Shown here one piece after another: positions 1 through 9,461 of a stretch of 64,000 bases of DNA. The stretch spans positions 2,845,695 to 2,909,694 of the forward strand of contig OY761449.1 of assembly GCA_963664375.1 (NCBI GenBank), written 5' to 3'. This DNA is from Dehalococcoidia bacterium. GTDB taxonomy: Bacteria; Chloroflexota; Dehalococcoidia; Lucifugimonadales; UBA3495. The stretch's first letter is position 1, and the number at the start of each line of letters is the position of its first letter. A model generated the notes under the pieces. That model did not search any database and was not told the origin of the DNA. It saw nothing but the letters and a program-made list of their open reading frames with translations. Both the position numbers and the translations under genes were made by a program.

Positions 1-35
1 TCCCTGGTTACTCTTGATTATCGAACGGCCCGCCC

Positions 36-602
36 TTAAAACTCGCGGTACTCGTAAAACGGGAATTCCTTGCGCCCGGGGAAACCCTCAAATTCGTCGT
101 ACAGCAACAGCGGCGACAGATCGGGGTGCCCGTCGAAGGAGACTCCGAACAAATCGTGCGCCTCGCGCTCGTACCAGTCGGCCGCCCGCCATACGCCGGT
201 CACCGACGGCAAAACCGGATCGTCGTAAGGGGCCTCGGTTTTGACCACCAGCGTCCGTTCCGGCTCCAGCGATTGCAATATGTAGACCACCTGGACATTC
301 TCTGGGTAGTCCACCGCCGACATGCACAGCAACATCTTTGCGCCCAGGCGGTCATCGTCCTTCATGGTACGGCAAACGCCCTCGATGTGCTGGCGCTCAA
401 CGGTGACCTGCGGCAGCTCGCGGAGAGTTCCGGGCTGGGGATCGTACGGCTCCAGGGCAGCCAGCATCACGTCAAGCAACGCGAGGGCATCGTCGTTCAG
501 AGAACTGAGATCGGGCCCTTCCGGTTCGGTTTCCTCAACCGCTTCATCAGCGGGGGCGTCCGACGGGCTACTGGCGGCGTCCGGCTGCTCAGGCGTTACC
601 AC
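36..602 (-). CDS. nuoC: NADH-quinone oxidoreductase subunit C
   Basis: 188-aa ORF with a NuoC/Nqo5-type core (VTGVWRAADWYEREAHDLFGVSFDGHPD). It follows nuoA-nuoB on the same strand and ends in TAA. Confidence 0.9.
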   Translation of the reverse strand: MVTPEQPDAASSPSDAPADEAVEETEPEGPDLSSLNDDALALLDVMLAALEPYDPQPGTLRELPQVTVERQHIEGVCRTMKDDDRLGAKMLLCMSAVDYPENVQVVYILQSLEPERTLVVKTEAPYDDPVLPSVTGVWRAADWYEREAHDLFGVSFDGHPDLSPLLLYDEFEGFPGRKEFPFYEYREF

Positions 603-1180
603 TAGCTGCCAGCGTCCTGCATGATTTTCTCCTGCAACTTGATGATGCCGTACAGGAGAGCTTCCGGCCGCGGGGGACAGCCCGGAACGTAGACGTCCAC
701 CGGCACGATGTGGTCAACGCCCATCACGACGGAGTAAGAGCGGTAGTAGGGGCCGCCGTTGGTGGCGCAGCTACCCATGGCGATGACCCATTTCGGCTCC
801 GGCATCTGCTCATAGAGCAGGCGGATGGGTTCCGCCATCTTCTTGACCACCGTGCCCGCCACGATCATCACGTCGGCCTGCCTCGGCGACGGCCAGGTGA
901 CCACGCCGAAGCGGTCGAAATCGTGATGCGCCATGTACGTCGATATCATTTCGATGGCGCAGCAGGCCAGACCGAAGCTGAGCGTCCATAGGGATGACTT
1001 GCGGGCCATGGCAAACAGTTGGTCAGTAGTGGTGGTGATGACCCCCGGCATCCTGTTGCCGATGTTCTCGTCGAACAGGCTGGGGCCGGGCCGGTTGCCC
1101 GTCCCAAGTTCGATCTGGATGGGTTGGCCTCCCGCCGGGCTCAAGGACGGCCGGGGCTGCAACGGACTTACTTCTGCCAT
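602..1180 (-). CDS. nuoB: NADH-quinone oxidoreductase subunit B
   Basis: The track ORF is 602..1405, but the NuoB core ([36 protein letters not shown]) starts well inside it. The ATG at 1180 (MAEVSP...) overlaps the nuoA end by 13 nt. The longer 5' part overlaps nuoA in another frame. Confidence 0.85.
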   Translation of the reverse strand: MAEVSPLQPRPSLSPAGGQPIQIELGTGNRPGPSLFDENIGNRMPGVITTTTDQLFAMARKSSLWTLSFGLACCAIEMISTYMAHHDFDRFGVVTWPSPRQADVMIVAGTVVKKMAEPIRLLYEQMPEPKWVIAMGSCATNGGPYYRSYSVVMGVDHIVPVDVYVPGCPPRPEALLYGIIKLQEKIMQDAGS

Positions 1181-1563
1181 TCGAGCACCCCTTTGCGCCA
1201 GGCGTAGACAATGGCGAACCCAAGCACCGCCAGGAACAGCATCATGGCGTAGAAGGGCAGCGAGGTCACCTGATCCTGGAGGAAAATGACGGCCCAGGGA
1301 AAGAGGAAAACTGCCTCTACGTCGAATATCAGGAACAGGATGGCGAAAATGTAGAAGCGGACGTTGATGTTCGACCAGATGTAGGGCGTGGCCGGAATGC
1401 CGCACTCATAGGTGGTCAGCTTGACCTCGGAGGAGCGCCTGGCCGACAGGATGCGCGAGGCGGTCAACATGCCGATAATGGCGGCGGCGGCAATGAACGC
1501 CGAAACGGCCACGGCCGTCCAGTTTTCGGTGAAGATTTCGGGGTTGAACACTTGGAGAAGCAT
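1168..1563 (-). CDS. nuoA: NADH-quinone oxidoreductase subunit A
   Basis: 131-aa, 3-TM protein with the NuoA motif YECGIP...[23 protein letters not shown]. Confidence 0.9.
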   Translation of the reverse strand: MLLQVFNPEIFTENWTAVAVSAFIAAAAIIGMLTASRILSARRSSEVKLTTYECGIPATPYIWSNINVRFYIFAILFLIFDVEAVFLFPWAVIFLQDQVTSLPFYAMMLFLAVLGFAIVYAWRKGVLEWQK

Positions 1564-1645
1564 ATCTGAGAAAGCTGTTCCACCCGCATTGCCTGTCCCG
1601 AAAGGCAGGCCACGCGCTTTTCAGGCTACTACATTTGGCGCGCCG

Positions 1646-1675
1646 AATATAGCATCAGCCCAAAGCCAGTGTCAA
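1646..1675 (-). promoter_or_regulatory. candidate sigma70-type promoter for nuoABC
   Basis: On the minus strand, TTGACA (1675-1670), an 18-nt spacer, then TATATT (1651-1646), about 80 nt upstream of the nuoA ATG. Confidence 0.4.
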
Positions 1676-1699
1676 TTGAAGCCAGCCGCGTCTTGCGTC

Positions 1700-2485
1700 C
1701 TATCCGTCCGCTGGGTCGCAGTATCGCCAAGCAATTTGGCTGCCGCGGTACTTCCCCGGAACTCTCTTTCGGACATAGTAGTCCCAAGTCTCTTGATCAG
1801 CAGGTTCGCCATCGAATCCATAGAGATAGGGATGATCGGTAGTGCTGCCATAATGCGCAAGTAGCTCAGGAAAATGCTCCTTAGTTGCAGGATGCCAGGC
1901 TGTTGGCCTGAATGCTCCAACAACAACACCCCTGAGATTCGCCAGCACCAAACGGTACTGCCTGGCCCTTTCAACCTTCACTCCCCAAGCGTACCGCACC
2001 GCATCGTAAACCGGGAGTTGGTAAAAAGACCTGTTGACCGTAATCACCATTAACGGCTCTCTGACCTCAAACTCTTCCCCTGCATATTCGTCGATGATCT
2101 CCTCTGCGTGCCTGCTGCCGTAATCGTTTGACCCCTGCCCCCTGACCTTATTGGTAAGACCCGGGTAAGCGTCAATCAAGGCAGCCTCTATCGCGTAGGC
2201 AGTCTTGGGAGAATCAATGCCGTGGCGATGAATTACGTGGGCCACTTCAAGTCCAGCAGCCTCAATTTCCTTGATACGCTGTAGCTTGGGGTCAGACACT
2301 TCATCGGCGCCATCGTCTGGCAGGCCATTGGCATGGGCGAAAACCCTGTTCTTCTGCCCCTTGCCCACGTAGAACGTCTCACCGTTTCGCGGGTCTATCA
2401 GCCGGTAGACGTACCATTTCAGTTGTTCGGCAACGCCTGCCGGAAAACTGTCTCTTGTCGTCACGTTCAGACTCCGTTGCGCCAT
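1700..2485 (-). CDS. GIY-YIG nuclease domain protein (N-terminal GIY-YIG, uncharacterised C-terminal domain)
   Basis: 261 aa. The N-terminus reads WYVYRLIDPRNGETFYVGKGQKNRVFAH, which fits the GIY...YIG pattern. It lies in a visibly AT-richer patch (about 1.6-3.3 kb). Confidence 0.7.
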   Translation of the reverse strand: MAQRSLNVTTRDSFPAGVAEQLKWYVYRLIDPRNGETFYVGKGQKNRVFAHANGLPDDGADEVSDPKLQRIKEIEAAGLEVAHVIHRHGIDSPKTAYAIEAALIDAYPGLTNKVRGQGSNDYGSRHAEEIIDEYAGEEFEVREPLMVITVNRSFYQLPVYDAVRYAWGVKVERARQYRLVLANLRGVVVGAFRPTAWHPATKEHFPELLAHYGSTTDHPYLYGFDGEPADQETWDYYVRKRVPGKYRGSQIAWRYCDPADG

Positions 2486-2534
2486 GGGGCAGAGCGAAAG
2501 GAAAGCCCCTGCCGGTGGAACAGGGGCCTGGGGG

Positions 2535-3092
2535 CTACGGGTTTTGCGATTCTTGCCAACGCTTCACTATCCGTTCAAGGACTTCCTCTGGGACTTCTCC
2601 CGAAGCCGCCTGTATGAATTCTTGTATAGCTTCCTGCTTTAACGCCTCGATGCGCTCTTTGCGTTCTTGCTCCCACCGTTCACGTTCCTGTTCGCGTTCT
2701 TGCTCCCACCGTTCGCGTTCCTGTTCGCGTTCTTGCTCCCGCTGTAGGCGTTCCTGTTCCCGCCGTTCCTGTTCGGCCTTGAAATCAGCCTTGAGCTTTT
2801 CATTCACCCTATACGCCAGAACCATAAGCGTCACCAGTCCTTCCAGCATCGCGGCCGATGCTGTGAAAGTCAAAATCCCCAACGGAGCAATAACTGCCGC
2901 CGCCTTAATTTCTTCCGCCGTTCCCCACGTGGACGCCCCCGACAGCAGGTAGGTGAATCCAAGCGATCCTATGGGGGTAAGCACCACATGGACGTGAAGC
3001 CAATGCTCTGTCCACCATTTCCAGACTTCCAGCCGCCGGATCCCTCTGATTCGTCGCCAAAGGACTAACGCCAGTATTTTTGCGTGGAGCAA
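2535..3092 (-). CDS. membrane protein with a Glu/Arg-rich repeat helix
   Basis: 185 aa with 2-3 predicted TM helices followed by EQEREQERERW x3. The C-terminal EEVLERIVKRWQESQ resembles the C-terminus of the 14850..15194 product. Confidence 0.5.
   Translation of the reverse strand: MLHAKILALVLWRRIRGIRRLEVWKWWTEHWLHVHVVLTPIGSLGFTYLLSGASTWGTAEEIKAAAVIAPLGILTFTASAAMLEGLVTLMVLAYRVNEKLKADFKAEQERREQERLQREQEREQERERWEQEREQERERWEQERKERIEALKQEAIQEFIQAASGEVPEEVLERIVKRWQESQNP
2671..2769 (-). repeat. 33-bp x3 in-frame coding tandem repeat (EQEREQERERW)
   Basis: Three near-identical 33-nt units (gcgttcttgctcccaccgttc[a/g]cgttcctgttc) read directly from the sequence. Confidence 0.85.
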
Positions 3093-3306
3093 AATTCCTT
3101 TCTGTTTCTACCCAACCACTTGCGACCATCCATACCATCGCGGTATAGATCGGATAATTTGATGGTAAGGGTTTATCAGGGCACTGTCAAAGGCCGGGGC
3201 ATAAAGCACGCCAGCAGGATTGTCAGACTGGGGATGACGCGGCATAGCCACCATTGCATCCGTGCCTGCATCAAAAGCCAGACGAAATCCCTACTGTGAA
3301 GCAAAG

Positions 3307-4464
3307 CTACGTCTCTCTTTCGCGCAATTCCGTGGAGGAAATATCCCGCCTGAAACCGGCCTCTTCGATACCCGAAAACATGGGCGCGAACCCGGCTGGC
3401 ACGGGGACGTCTGCCAGCGTGCGGAATTCGCCACCGTCGGCCCGCCCGGCGACTACGAACCTGGCGCCGCCTGCCATCATCTCGGCCAGGGCCAGCATCA
3501 TGGCGTTCTCGCCGCCGTAGTAGCGCGGGGCGACCAGCCGTATCGCGGTGTCCCAACCCAGGAGGAATGTGGTCCCGGGGAAAAGGGCGGCCTTTTTCCG
3601 GAAGGTCTCGGCCCGGGTCAAGACTACAGTGTCGTCTGCCCCGAACTGGCCGAGCCGCCGCTCAATCTCGCCCGTTTCCAGCGGGTGCTTGTCTACGTTG
3701 GTGACCGAAAGCTCGTAGCCGCCGTCCGTCCCGGCCCTTTCGTTCGCTATGGCCATCATCTCCCGGTGCCCCACGTGCACGGGGTTAAAGGAACCGGGCA
3801 ACAGCGCCAGCGGAACCTCGCCCTCCACCTCCAGCGTGCCGTCCGGGCGGCGCACCACCCATCGAGCCTCGCCGCTCAGCAGTTGCTCCAGCGGGCCGGG
3901 GCGGGCCTCCCGTTCCACCTCCAGGCGGTCTCCATTCGTCAGTCCCAGGTCGAGTTCGGCGTCCAGCCCTGAGAATTCCGACAGCGCCCGGACGATGAGC
4001 AGGCTGACGATGTCCTCCTCCCCCGCCCTGTCCCGCAGGCCCTTGTGGAAGGTGAGGGACCAAGTGGCCGTACTATGCTCGTCCCAAGCGGACACAAAGG
4101 CGCGGTGGTCGCCGCGCTTGGGGCGGTCGGTGGCGATGGTGGCGGCGCAGGCCAGACCCACCGGCGGCGAGTCGTCCTCCAGTTGCGAACGGGCCCGCCC
4201 GTAGCAGCGCCGCGCCAGATGCCGGGCCGTCTCGGCGGCGGCGGACTGCGCCGGTTCAAACCCCAGGAATTCCTGCATCGACAGCCGCCCGTAGGGGACA
4301 ACAACCTCAAGGATCGTGCGGGACGCGCCGCTGACACCCAGCAACCAGGCCACCGCCTGCGTACCAGCGCCGGAAACCGCCAAGACTGTCTTGTGGGGAG
4401 TGGAATGCAGTTGTTCGATCCGGGGACGTATTGTTTCCAGCATCATAGGGAGCCAGTCCTCCAA
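3307..4464 (-). CDS. fusion of a CinA/PncC-like domain and a cytidylyltransferase-fold (NadD/NMNAT-like) domain
   Basis: 385 aa. The N-terminal half resembles the CinA C-terminal domain (VSGAGTQAVAWLLGVSGASRTILEVVVPY). The C-terminal half carries the nucleotidyltransferase motif GSFNPVHVGH. Confidence 0.6.
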   Translation of the reverse strand: MEDWLPMMLETIRPRIEQLHSTPHKTVLAVSGAGTQAVAWLLGVSGASRTILEVVVPYGRLSMQEFLGFEPAQSAAAETARHLARRCYGRARSQLEDDSPPVGLACAATIATDRPKRGDHRAFVSAWDEHSTATWSLTFHKGLRDRAGEEDIVSLLIVRALSEFSGLDAELDLGLTNGDRLEVEREARPGPLEQLLSGEARWVVRRPDGTLEVEGEVPLALLPGSFNPVHVGHREMMAIANERAGTDGGYELSVTNVDKHPLETGEIERRLGQFGADDTVVLTRAETFRKKAALFPGTTFLLGWDTAIRLVAPRYYGGENAMMLALAEMMAGGARFVVAGRADGGEFRTLADVPVPAGFAPMFSGIEEAGFRRDISSTELRERET

Positions 4465-4487
4465 CCATCAAAACCCGGATTCACTTT

Positions 4488-4518
4488 TCTGGATTCCCGC
4501 TTTAGCGGGAATGACGGG
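4488..4518. repeat. single unit of the 'gtcattccggcgaaagccggaatcc' hairpin family
   Basis: tctggattcccgctttagcgggaatgacggg. It belongs to the same family as the paired copies at 9.3, 20.5, 48.5 and 58.2 kb. Confidence 0.8.
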
Positions 4519-4558
4519 AAAGATTACCTAACCCGTGTTTTCGCCTGGCAGGGCTGCA

Positions 4559-5125
4559 TCAAGAAGAGCGGTCTATGGCGTCCATGTGGGCGCGGGAATA
4601 GGCAACCTCGCGGCCCTGCTTTTCCGAGTAGATGCGCATCCACTCCTCGGGCACCCGGTTTCGCGCCTCCCGCCACCACAGCGGTTGCCCAGGCCCGACG
4701 GTACGCCCATCCACGACGTCGGCGAGGAAGCAGGTCATGTCGCCGCCGTCCATGGCATTGACTACGGCGCAGTCCAGCCAACCCCAGCAGTCGGCGAACA
4801 GGGGGCTGCCGGTCTTGCCTCTGGAGAATTCGATGGCGGCCAGCTTGTCGCTGTCACGACCTGAGTAAAGTCCAAAATCGCGGATCCACTCCAACTGGCC
4901 CGCCCTGGGAAAGTTCAGGGCAAAGGTCCCGCTGTTGGAGATCATCTCGTGGCTCAGGTTCGACTTGTAAATCTGCACCACCACTCTGGGGTGTTCCGGC
5001 ACAATGGACGCTCCGCCTATGGACAGGCAGAGCTGAGCGTTGTCCTTGCCATCCCAATGGCTGGAAACGGCGGCCAGGGGCGACCACAGGTTCCCCATAA
5101 TCGGGGCAATGTCGCTGTATTCCAT
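4559..5125 (-). CDS. flavin reductase-like (FMN-binding split-barrel) domain protein
   Basis: The track ORF extends to 5194. The ATG at 5125 has GGAGG 8 nt upstream. The sequence pattern is MEYSDIAPIMGNLWSPLAAVSS...GTFALNF. Confidence 0.6.
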   Translation of the reverse strand: MEYSDIAPIMGNLWSPLAAVSSHWDGKDNAQLCLSIGGASIVPEHPRVVVQIYKSNLSHEMISNSGTFALNFPRAGQLEWIRDFGLYSGRDSDKLAAIEFSRGKTGSPLFADCWGWLDCAVVNAMDGGDMTCFLADVVDGRTVGPGQPLWWREARNRVPEEWMRIYSEKQGREVAYSRAHMDAIDRSS

Positions 5126-5242
5126 TCCTGCGCCTCCACTGAACCGTCCGGTCAAGCCATTGCTGACACTAACAAGGTACGCCAAGCAGGACACTATCTC
5201 AAGACGAACAGGGCATTTCCGGGATGACTCTGCACTACCCTT

Positions 5243-5281
5243 TCACCCCCACCCTAGCCCTCCCCCTGAGGGGGAGGGAAC
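5243..5281 (-). repeat. 38-bp REP-like hairpin/G-tract unit
   Basis: tcacccccaccctagccctccccctgagggggagggaac. The G-rich strand is the minus strand. Confidence 0.9.
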
Positions 5282-5341
5282 TTTGTGTGAGATAGTCCAT
5301 AAGCGAGTTCAGCACCGGGGCAGGCGGAGGCCAGCAAAACG

Positions 5342-6406
5342 CTACCAGTCGGGGGAGTGGTCGCGGACATCGTTGTGGGTCAAGCGCCGCTGGTTGGCGC
5401 CGTCGGAGTCCATCACCAGGATTTCGGTCTCTCCGAACAGGTCGGACACGAAAGCAATCCTGTCTCCGTCTGGCGACCATACCGGCTCGGTGTCGGCGGA
5501 GTCGTTGATGGTGAGCCGTTGCGGCGGTTCGTCGTCGTTGGCGTTGGCCGTGTAAATCTCGGCGTTGCCGTCTCTGGTGGTCACAAAGGCCAGGGTATCG
5601 CCGTCCGGCGCCCACGCTGGAGAGTGTTCCTCTTGGTCCGAATTGAGCCAGCGCACCTCGGTTACTTTGCCGCGCCAGTCATCCCCGTCCTCCGGCATGA
5701 CCAGGTAGATGCCGTTGTTGCCGAAGTCGTCCCGAACGAAGGCGATGGCATCCCCGTCCGGCGACCACACCGGATCGCTGTCCACCCCTTCGGTGAGCCG
5801 CAGCAGATTCACGCCGTCGGGGTTGCGGAGCCACAGCCCCTGTTCGTCCTCGCCGCCCCCGCGCGAGAACACCAGCCACTGCCCGTCGGGAGACCAGTCG
5901 CCCAGCATTTCCCGGTCATCCGACGAGGTGATGCGTATCGTCAGAAACTGCGCTGGATCGTCCTCCCCGAACCTGGCTACGAAAACGTCCGACTGGCCTT
6001 CCACCTCAGACACGTAAGCCAGCCCGTCGCCCTCCGAGTTCCAGCGGGGCGATCCCTCGTTTCCTGCCGGGTCGCCGCCGGGCGACATGCGGAGTTCCAG
6101 CCGCTCTTCGCCGGTTCCGAGAACAACCACGTCCCGGTTGCCGTCGGTGGAAACCACGTAGGCGATGCGCTCTCCGTCCGGTGACCAGGTGGGCGCGAAT
6201 GCCGGATCCGGGCCGGAAACAACCCGTTCGTTCTCGCCGGATTCAACGTCGACGGTATACACCTCAGCATCGCCATTCGTCTCCGAGACGTAGACCAACG
6301 GCCGGTCGGAGCCGCCGAACCCGCCGCACGCTACCAGCAGGCAGATTGCCAGCAGGACGGCCGCCAGTACGAATACCCGTCCACCCTCCGGTCTCACCAG
6401 GGACAT
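5342..6406 (-). CDS. TolB-like PD40 beta-propeller lipoprotein
   Basis: 354 aa with a signal peptide and lipobox (LLVACGG). It has repeated SPDG(D/E/Q)xIAFV PD40 motifs, and GGAGG precedes the ATG. Confidence 0.8.
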   Translation of the reverse strand: MSLVRPEGGRVFVLAAVLLAICLLVACGGFGGSDRPLVYVSETNGDAEVYTVDVESGENERVVSGPDPAFAPTWSPDGERIAYVVSTDGNRDVVVLGTGEERLELRMSPGGDPAGNEGSPRWNSEGDGLAYVSEVEGQSDVFVARFGEDDPAQFLTIRITSSDDREMLGDWSPDGQWLVFSRGGGEDEQGLWLRNPDGVNLLRLTEGVDSDPVWSPDGDAIAFVRDDFGNNGIYLVMPEDGDDWRGKVTEVRWLNSDQEEHSPAWAPDGDTLAFVTTRDGNAEIYTANANDDEPPQRLTINDSADTEPVWSPDGDRIAFVSDLFGETEILVMDSDGANQRRLTHNDVRDHSPDW

Positions 6407-6656
6407 TCACGCCTCCCCAATTCCAACACGTATCCCAGTCCACAACGGTCCGGTCACACGACACCAGTCCCGTCGAATTATAGCTGCATGAACGGGGCGC
6501 TTTTCATTGCGCGAGTAAGCGAATTGTGTGGATTTGGCAGCCTTGACAGCAGGAACGGCCCTATCTAGCCTATAAGGGCGCCGCCTCCTGTACCCGGTAC
6601 GGGCGGCGCCGGGGGAGCAATTCACCCGCTAGAGCACGGACAGGGAGGCAGTTGCC

Positions 6657-7907
6657 ATGAAAGCGTTGGTTGGAGCGACATTGATTGACGGCACCGGCGG
6701 CCCGGTCGTCGAGGACTCCGTAGTGCTGCTGGACGGCGACATTATCAGCGGCGTGGGTGTCCGCGGCGCGGTGCCCATCCCGCCCGGCGCGGAGGTTATC
6801 GACATTTCAGGGCTGACGTTGCTGCCCGGCCTGATCGACACCCACGACCACCTGGCCGACAAGAATTACAGCCTGCTCTCCCGGTGGGAAATCGAGGAGC
6901 CCGCATCCCTGGCGCACCTGAAAACCGCCAGGGCCATCGAGGACTCGCTGGCCGCCGGTTACACCACCATCCGCGACGCTGGCGGGCTGGACGCCGGGTT
7001 CAAGCAGGCCATCGCCGAGGGGCTGATCAACGGCCCGCGCCTGGTCTGCGCCGTGTCCATCATCTCGCCCACGGGCGGCATCGGCGACCGCGTCGCGCCC
7101 TCCGGCCACCGCACGGCCTACGCCACCGACCCCATGCGCCCCGTCGGCGTCGCCAACGGCCCCGAGGCCGTCCGCAGCATTGTCCGCGAGATGGTGCGCG
7201 TGGGCGCGGACGTCATCAAGTTCGCCACCACCGGCGGCGCAAGCTCCCGCCAGGGCCACGGCCCCAAGGACATCGCCTTCGGCCCCGATGAGGTTAAGGC
7301 GCTGGTAGACGAGGCTACCAACCTCGGCAAGCTGACCATGTGCCACGCCCTTGGCGGGCCGGGCCTGCGCATGGCCATCGAGAACGGCGTGGGTTCCGTG
7401 GAGCACGGCTGCTACCTGTCCGAGGACCCCGACCTGCTCAAGATGATGGCCGACAACAACACCTTTTTCACTCCCACCTTTGAGGTCTACGAATTCCACT
7501 CAACCATCAGCGCGCCCCACGTCAAGGCCCGGGCCGAGTCGCTGATGCACATCCACCAGGAAAGCCTGCACCGGGCCTTGGAGTCGGGCGCAAAGATTAC
7601 CGCGGGCACCGACGCTGGCGGATTCGTACACGGAGACAACGCCCGCGAGATCGAGCTGATGGTGGAACGCGGACTCACGCCGATGCAGGCCATACAGACC
7701 GCCACCGGCTGGGCCGCCGAGTGCATCGGCCTCGGCAAAGAGATCGGCGCCATCGAAAAGGGCAAGCAGGCCGACCTGCTGGTAGTTGACGGCGACCCGC
7801 TGCGGAACATCGGCGTGCTGCGCGACCGGGAGGCCATCAAGCTGGTGATGCGGGCTGGCGTGGCCTACGTGGACAGGGTTCCAGCCGCTGCGCCGGTGGC
7901 GGCATAG
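6657..7907 (+). CDS. amidohydrolase family protein (metal-dependent hydrolase)
   Basis: 416 aa. LLPGLIDTHDHL supplies the HxH metal ligands, with GTDAG/HGDN motifs downstream. GGGAGG precedes the ATG. Confidence 0.8.
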   Translation: MKALVGATLIDGTGGPVVEDSVVLLDGDIISGVGVRGAVPIPPGAEVIDISGLTLLPGLIDTHDHLADKNYSLLSRWEIEEPASLAHLKTARAIEDSLAAGYTTIRDAGGLDAGFKQAIAEGLINGPRLVCAVSIISPTGGIGDRVAPSGHRTAYATDPMRPVGVANGPEAVRSIVREMVRVGADVIKFATTGGASSRQGHGPKDIAFGPDEVKALVDEATNLGKLTMCHALGGPGLRMAIENGVGSVEHGCYLSEDPDLLKMMADNNTFFTPTFEVYEFHSTISAPHVKARAESLMHIHQESLHRALESGAKITAGTDAGGFVHGDNAREIELMVERGLTPMQAIQTATGWAAECIGLGKEIGAIEKGKQADLLVVDGDPLRNIGVLRDREAIKLVMRAGVAYVDRVPAAAPVAA

Positions 7908-7928
7908 AGTAGGCACGAGTCTACTGGC

Positions 7929-8687
7929 ATGCGCTTCCATGTATTGACGCTGTTCCCGGAGGCTTTCGGCCAGCCCCTCCAATTCAGCATCGTGGCAAGG
8001 GCTGTGCAGCGGGGGCAGGTCGCCATTGAGGTCACCGACATCCGCGACCACACCCACGATGCCCACGGCACCGCCGACGACTACCAGTTCGGTGGGGGAC
8101 ATGGCATGGTGATGAAGCCGGAGCCGGTGTTCGAGGCTACCGAGTCGGCTCTGTCCGGCTATACGGGTAAGCAGCGTGAGGAGATACCCGTCATCCTGAC
8201 GACTCCGCAGGGCGAACTGCTAACGCAGCGGCTAGTGGAAGAGCTGTCGGAAGCGCCCGCCATCGCCATCATCTGCGGCCACTACGCGGGGGTGGACGAG
8301 CGCATCGCCGAGGGCCTTGCAACGCGGCAGGTCAGCACCGGCGACTACGTGCTTACCGGCGGCGAGCTGCCCGCCATGATCATCATTGACGCTGTAACCC
8401 GGCTCCTTCCCGGCGTGGTAGGCTCACCGGGCAGCGTCGCCGGGGATTCCATCACCACGGGCCTGCTGCAACACCCGCTATACACGAGGCCAGCCGAGTA
8501 TCGCGGCATGCCCGTGCCCGACGTGCTGCTGTCCGGGCATCACGCCGAAATCGACCGATGGCGGCGGCGCAAGGCGCTGGAGCGCACCCTGGCCCGCCGC
8601 CCGGACCTGCTGCCGTCGGCCCCGCTGACGGAGGAAGACCGTCGCTACCTTGCCGGGCTGGGATACGAAGAAACGCCCTCGCCCTAA
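7929..8687 (+). CDS. trmD: tRNA (guanine37-N1)-methyltransferase
   Basis: 252 aa: MRFHVLTLFPEAF...DDYQFGGGHGMVMKPEP...LTGGELPAMIIIDAVTRLLPGV. Confidence 0.9.
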   Translation: MRFHVLTLFPEAFGQPLQFSIVARAVQRGQVAIEVTDIRDHTHDAHGTADDYQFGGGHGMVMKPEPVFEATESALSGYTGKQREEIPVILTTPQGELLTQRLVEELSEAPAIAIICGHYAGVDERIAEGLATRQVSTGDYVLTGGELPAMIIIDAVTRLLPGVVGSPGSVAGDSITTGLLQHPLYTRPAEYRGMPVPDVLLSGHHAEIDRWRRRKALERTLARRPDLLPSAPLTEEDRRYLAGLGYEETPSP

Positions 8688-8710
8688 CCCTCTGCTACTG
8701 GGAGAGGGAA
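8673..8710 (-). repeat. REP-like unit overlapping the trmD 3' end
   Basis: acgccctcgccctaaccctctgctactgggagagggaa. The trmD TAA stop (8685-8687) lies inside the ccctaaccc segment. Confidence 0.8.
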
Positions 8711-8740
8711 AGATTTGGGGAGCGGGAACTTGTGAATAAG

Positions 8741-9247
8741 ATGGCAAAGTCTGACTTCAAGTTTCATACCGAATTCCGCATACGCTGGATGGAGTGCGAC
8801 GCCCAAGGCATCGTGTTCAACGGCGCATACTTGGGCTACCTGGAGCTGTCCACCGCCGAGTACTGGCGCAACCTGGGCATCGGCATCTACCACCTGCCGC
8901 GCTCCGGGTTCTTCGACCTGGCGGTAGTCAAGACCACCATCGAGTTCAAGGCCCCGGCGCTGGTAGACGAAATGGTGGCGGCCTACGTCGCAGTCACACG
9001 CATCGGCAACAGCAGCATGGACATGCGGATGGAACTCTATCGTCCCGAACCGGAAAAGCTCCTGACCACCATAGATGCGGTGTACGTCGGCTACGACGCA
9101 GCAACGGCCACCTCCCGGCGGGTGCCGGACGAGTTCCGCGAACTGGTCGGCCACTTCGAGGAGACCGGCGAGGCGCTGCCGCTATCACATTTCCCGACCC
9201 TGGACGAAGCCATGCGCATAGGCGCCAGCGCTGGCATGCCGCGCTGA
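8741..9247 (+). CDS. acyl-CoA thioesterase (4HBT/YbgC-like hotdog fold)
   Basis: The track ORF starts at 8558, inside trmD. The ATG at 8741 gives MAKSDFKFHTEFRIRWMECDAQGIVFNGAYLGYLE, which is typical of the family. Confidence 0.75.
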   Translation: MAKSDFKFHTEFRIRWMECDAQGIVFNGAYLGYLELSTAEYWRNLGIGIYHLPRSGFFDLAVVKTTIEFKAPALVDEMVAAYVAVTRIGNSSMDMRMELYRPEPEKLLTTIDAVYVGYDAATATSRRVPDEFRELVGHFEETGEALPLSHFPTLDEAMRIGASAGMPR

Positions 9248-9314
9248 TAATGACGAGGTCAGTCGCGTCATTATTTTCCGTGAGCTTTTCAACCTGGCAT
9301 GCTTGGCAAGAGCA

Positions 9315-9412
9315 GCGTCATTCCGGCGAAAGCCGGAATCCAGAAGGTTCTTCCACCCCAAAATCGTCCGATTGTCGGGCGGTCTGGATTCCGGCTTTCG
9401 CCGGAATGACGT
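9315..9412. repeat. paired-hairpin element (two inverted 'gtcattccggcgaaagccggaatcc' units)
   Basis: gcgtcattccggcgaaagccggaatccaga ... tctggattccggctttcgccggaatgac. Each arm is itself a hairpin. Confidence 0.85.
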
Positions 9413-9461
9413 GTTGTGGGGCTTGCCACCATTAAGATTCAATTGCCCTATGCTAATGATA

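Noticed and set aside
602-1405. Long N-terminal extensions offered by the ORF track for nuoB (to 1405), the MDR dehydrogenase (to 17399), the HIBADH-like gene (to 49837), the thioesterase (from 8558), the PHP gene (from 9678) and NuoF-like (to 44044).
   Set aside because: The extensions overlap neighbouring genes or run through repeat elements, and they lack homology-like sequence. Internal starts with Shine-Dalgarno motifs give family-typical N-termini.
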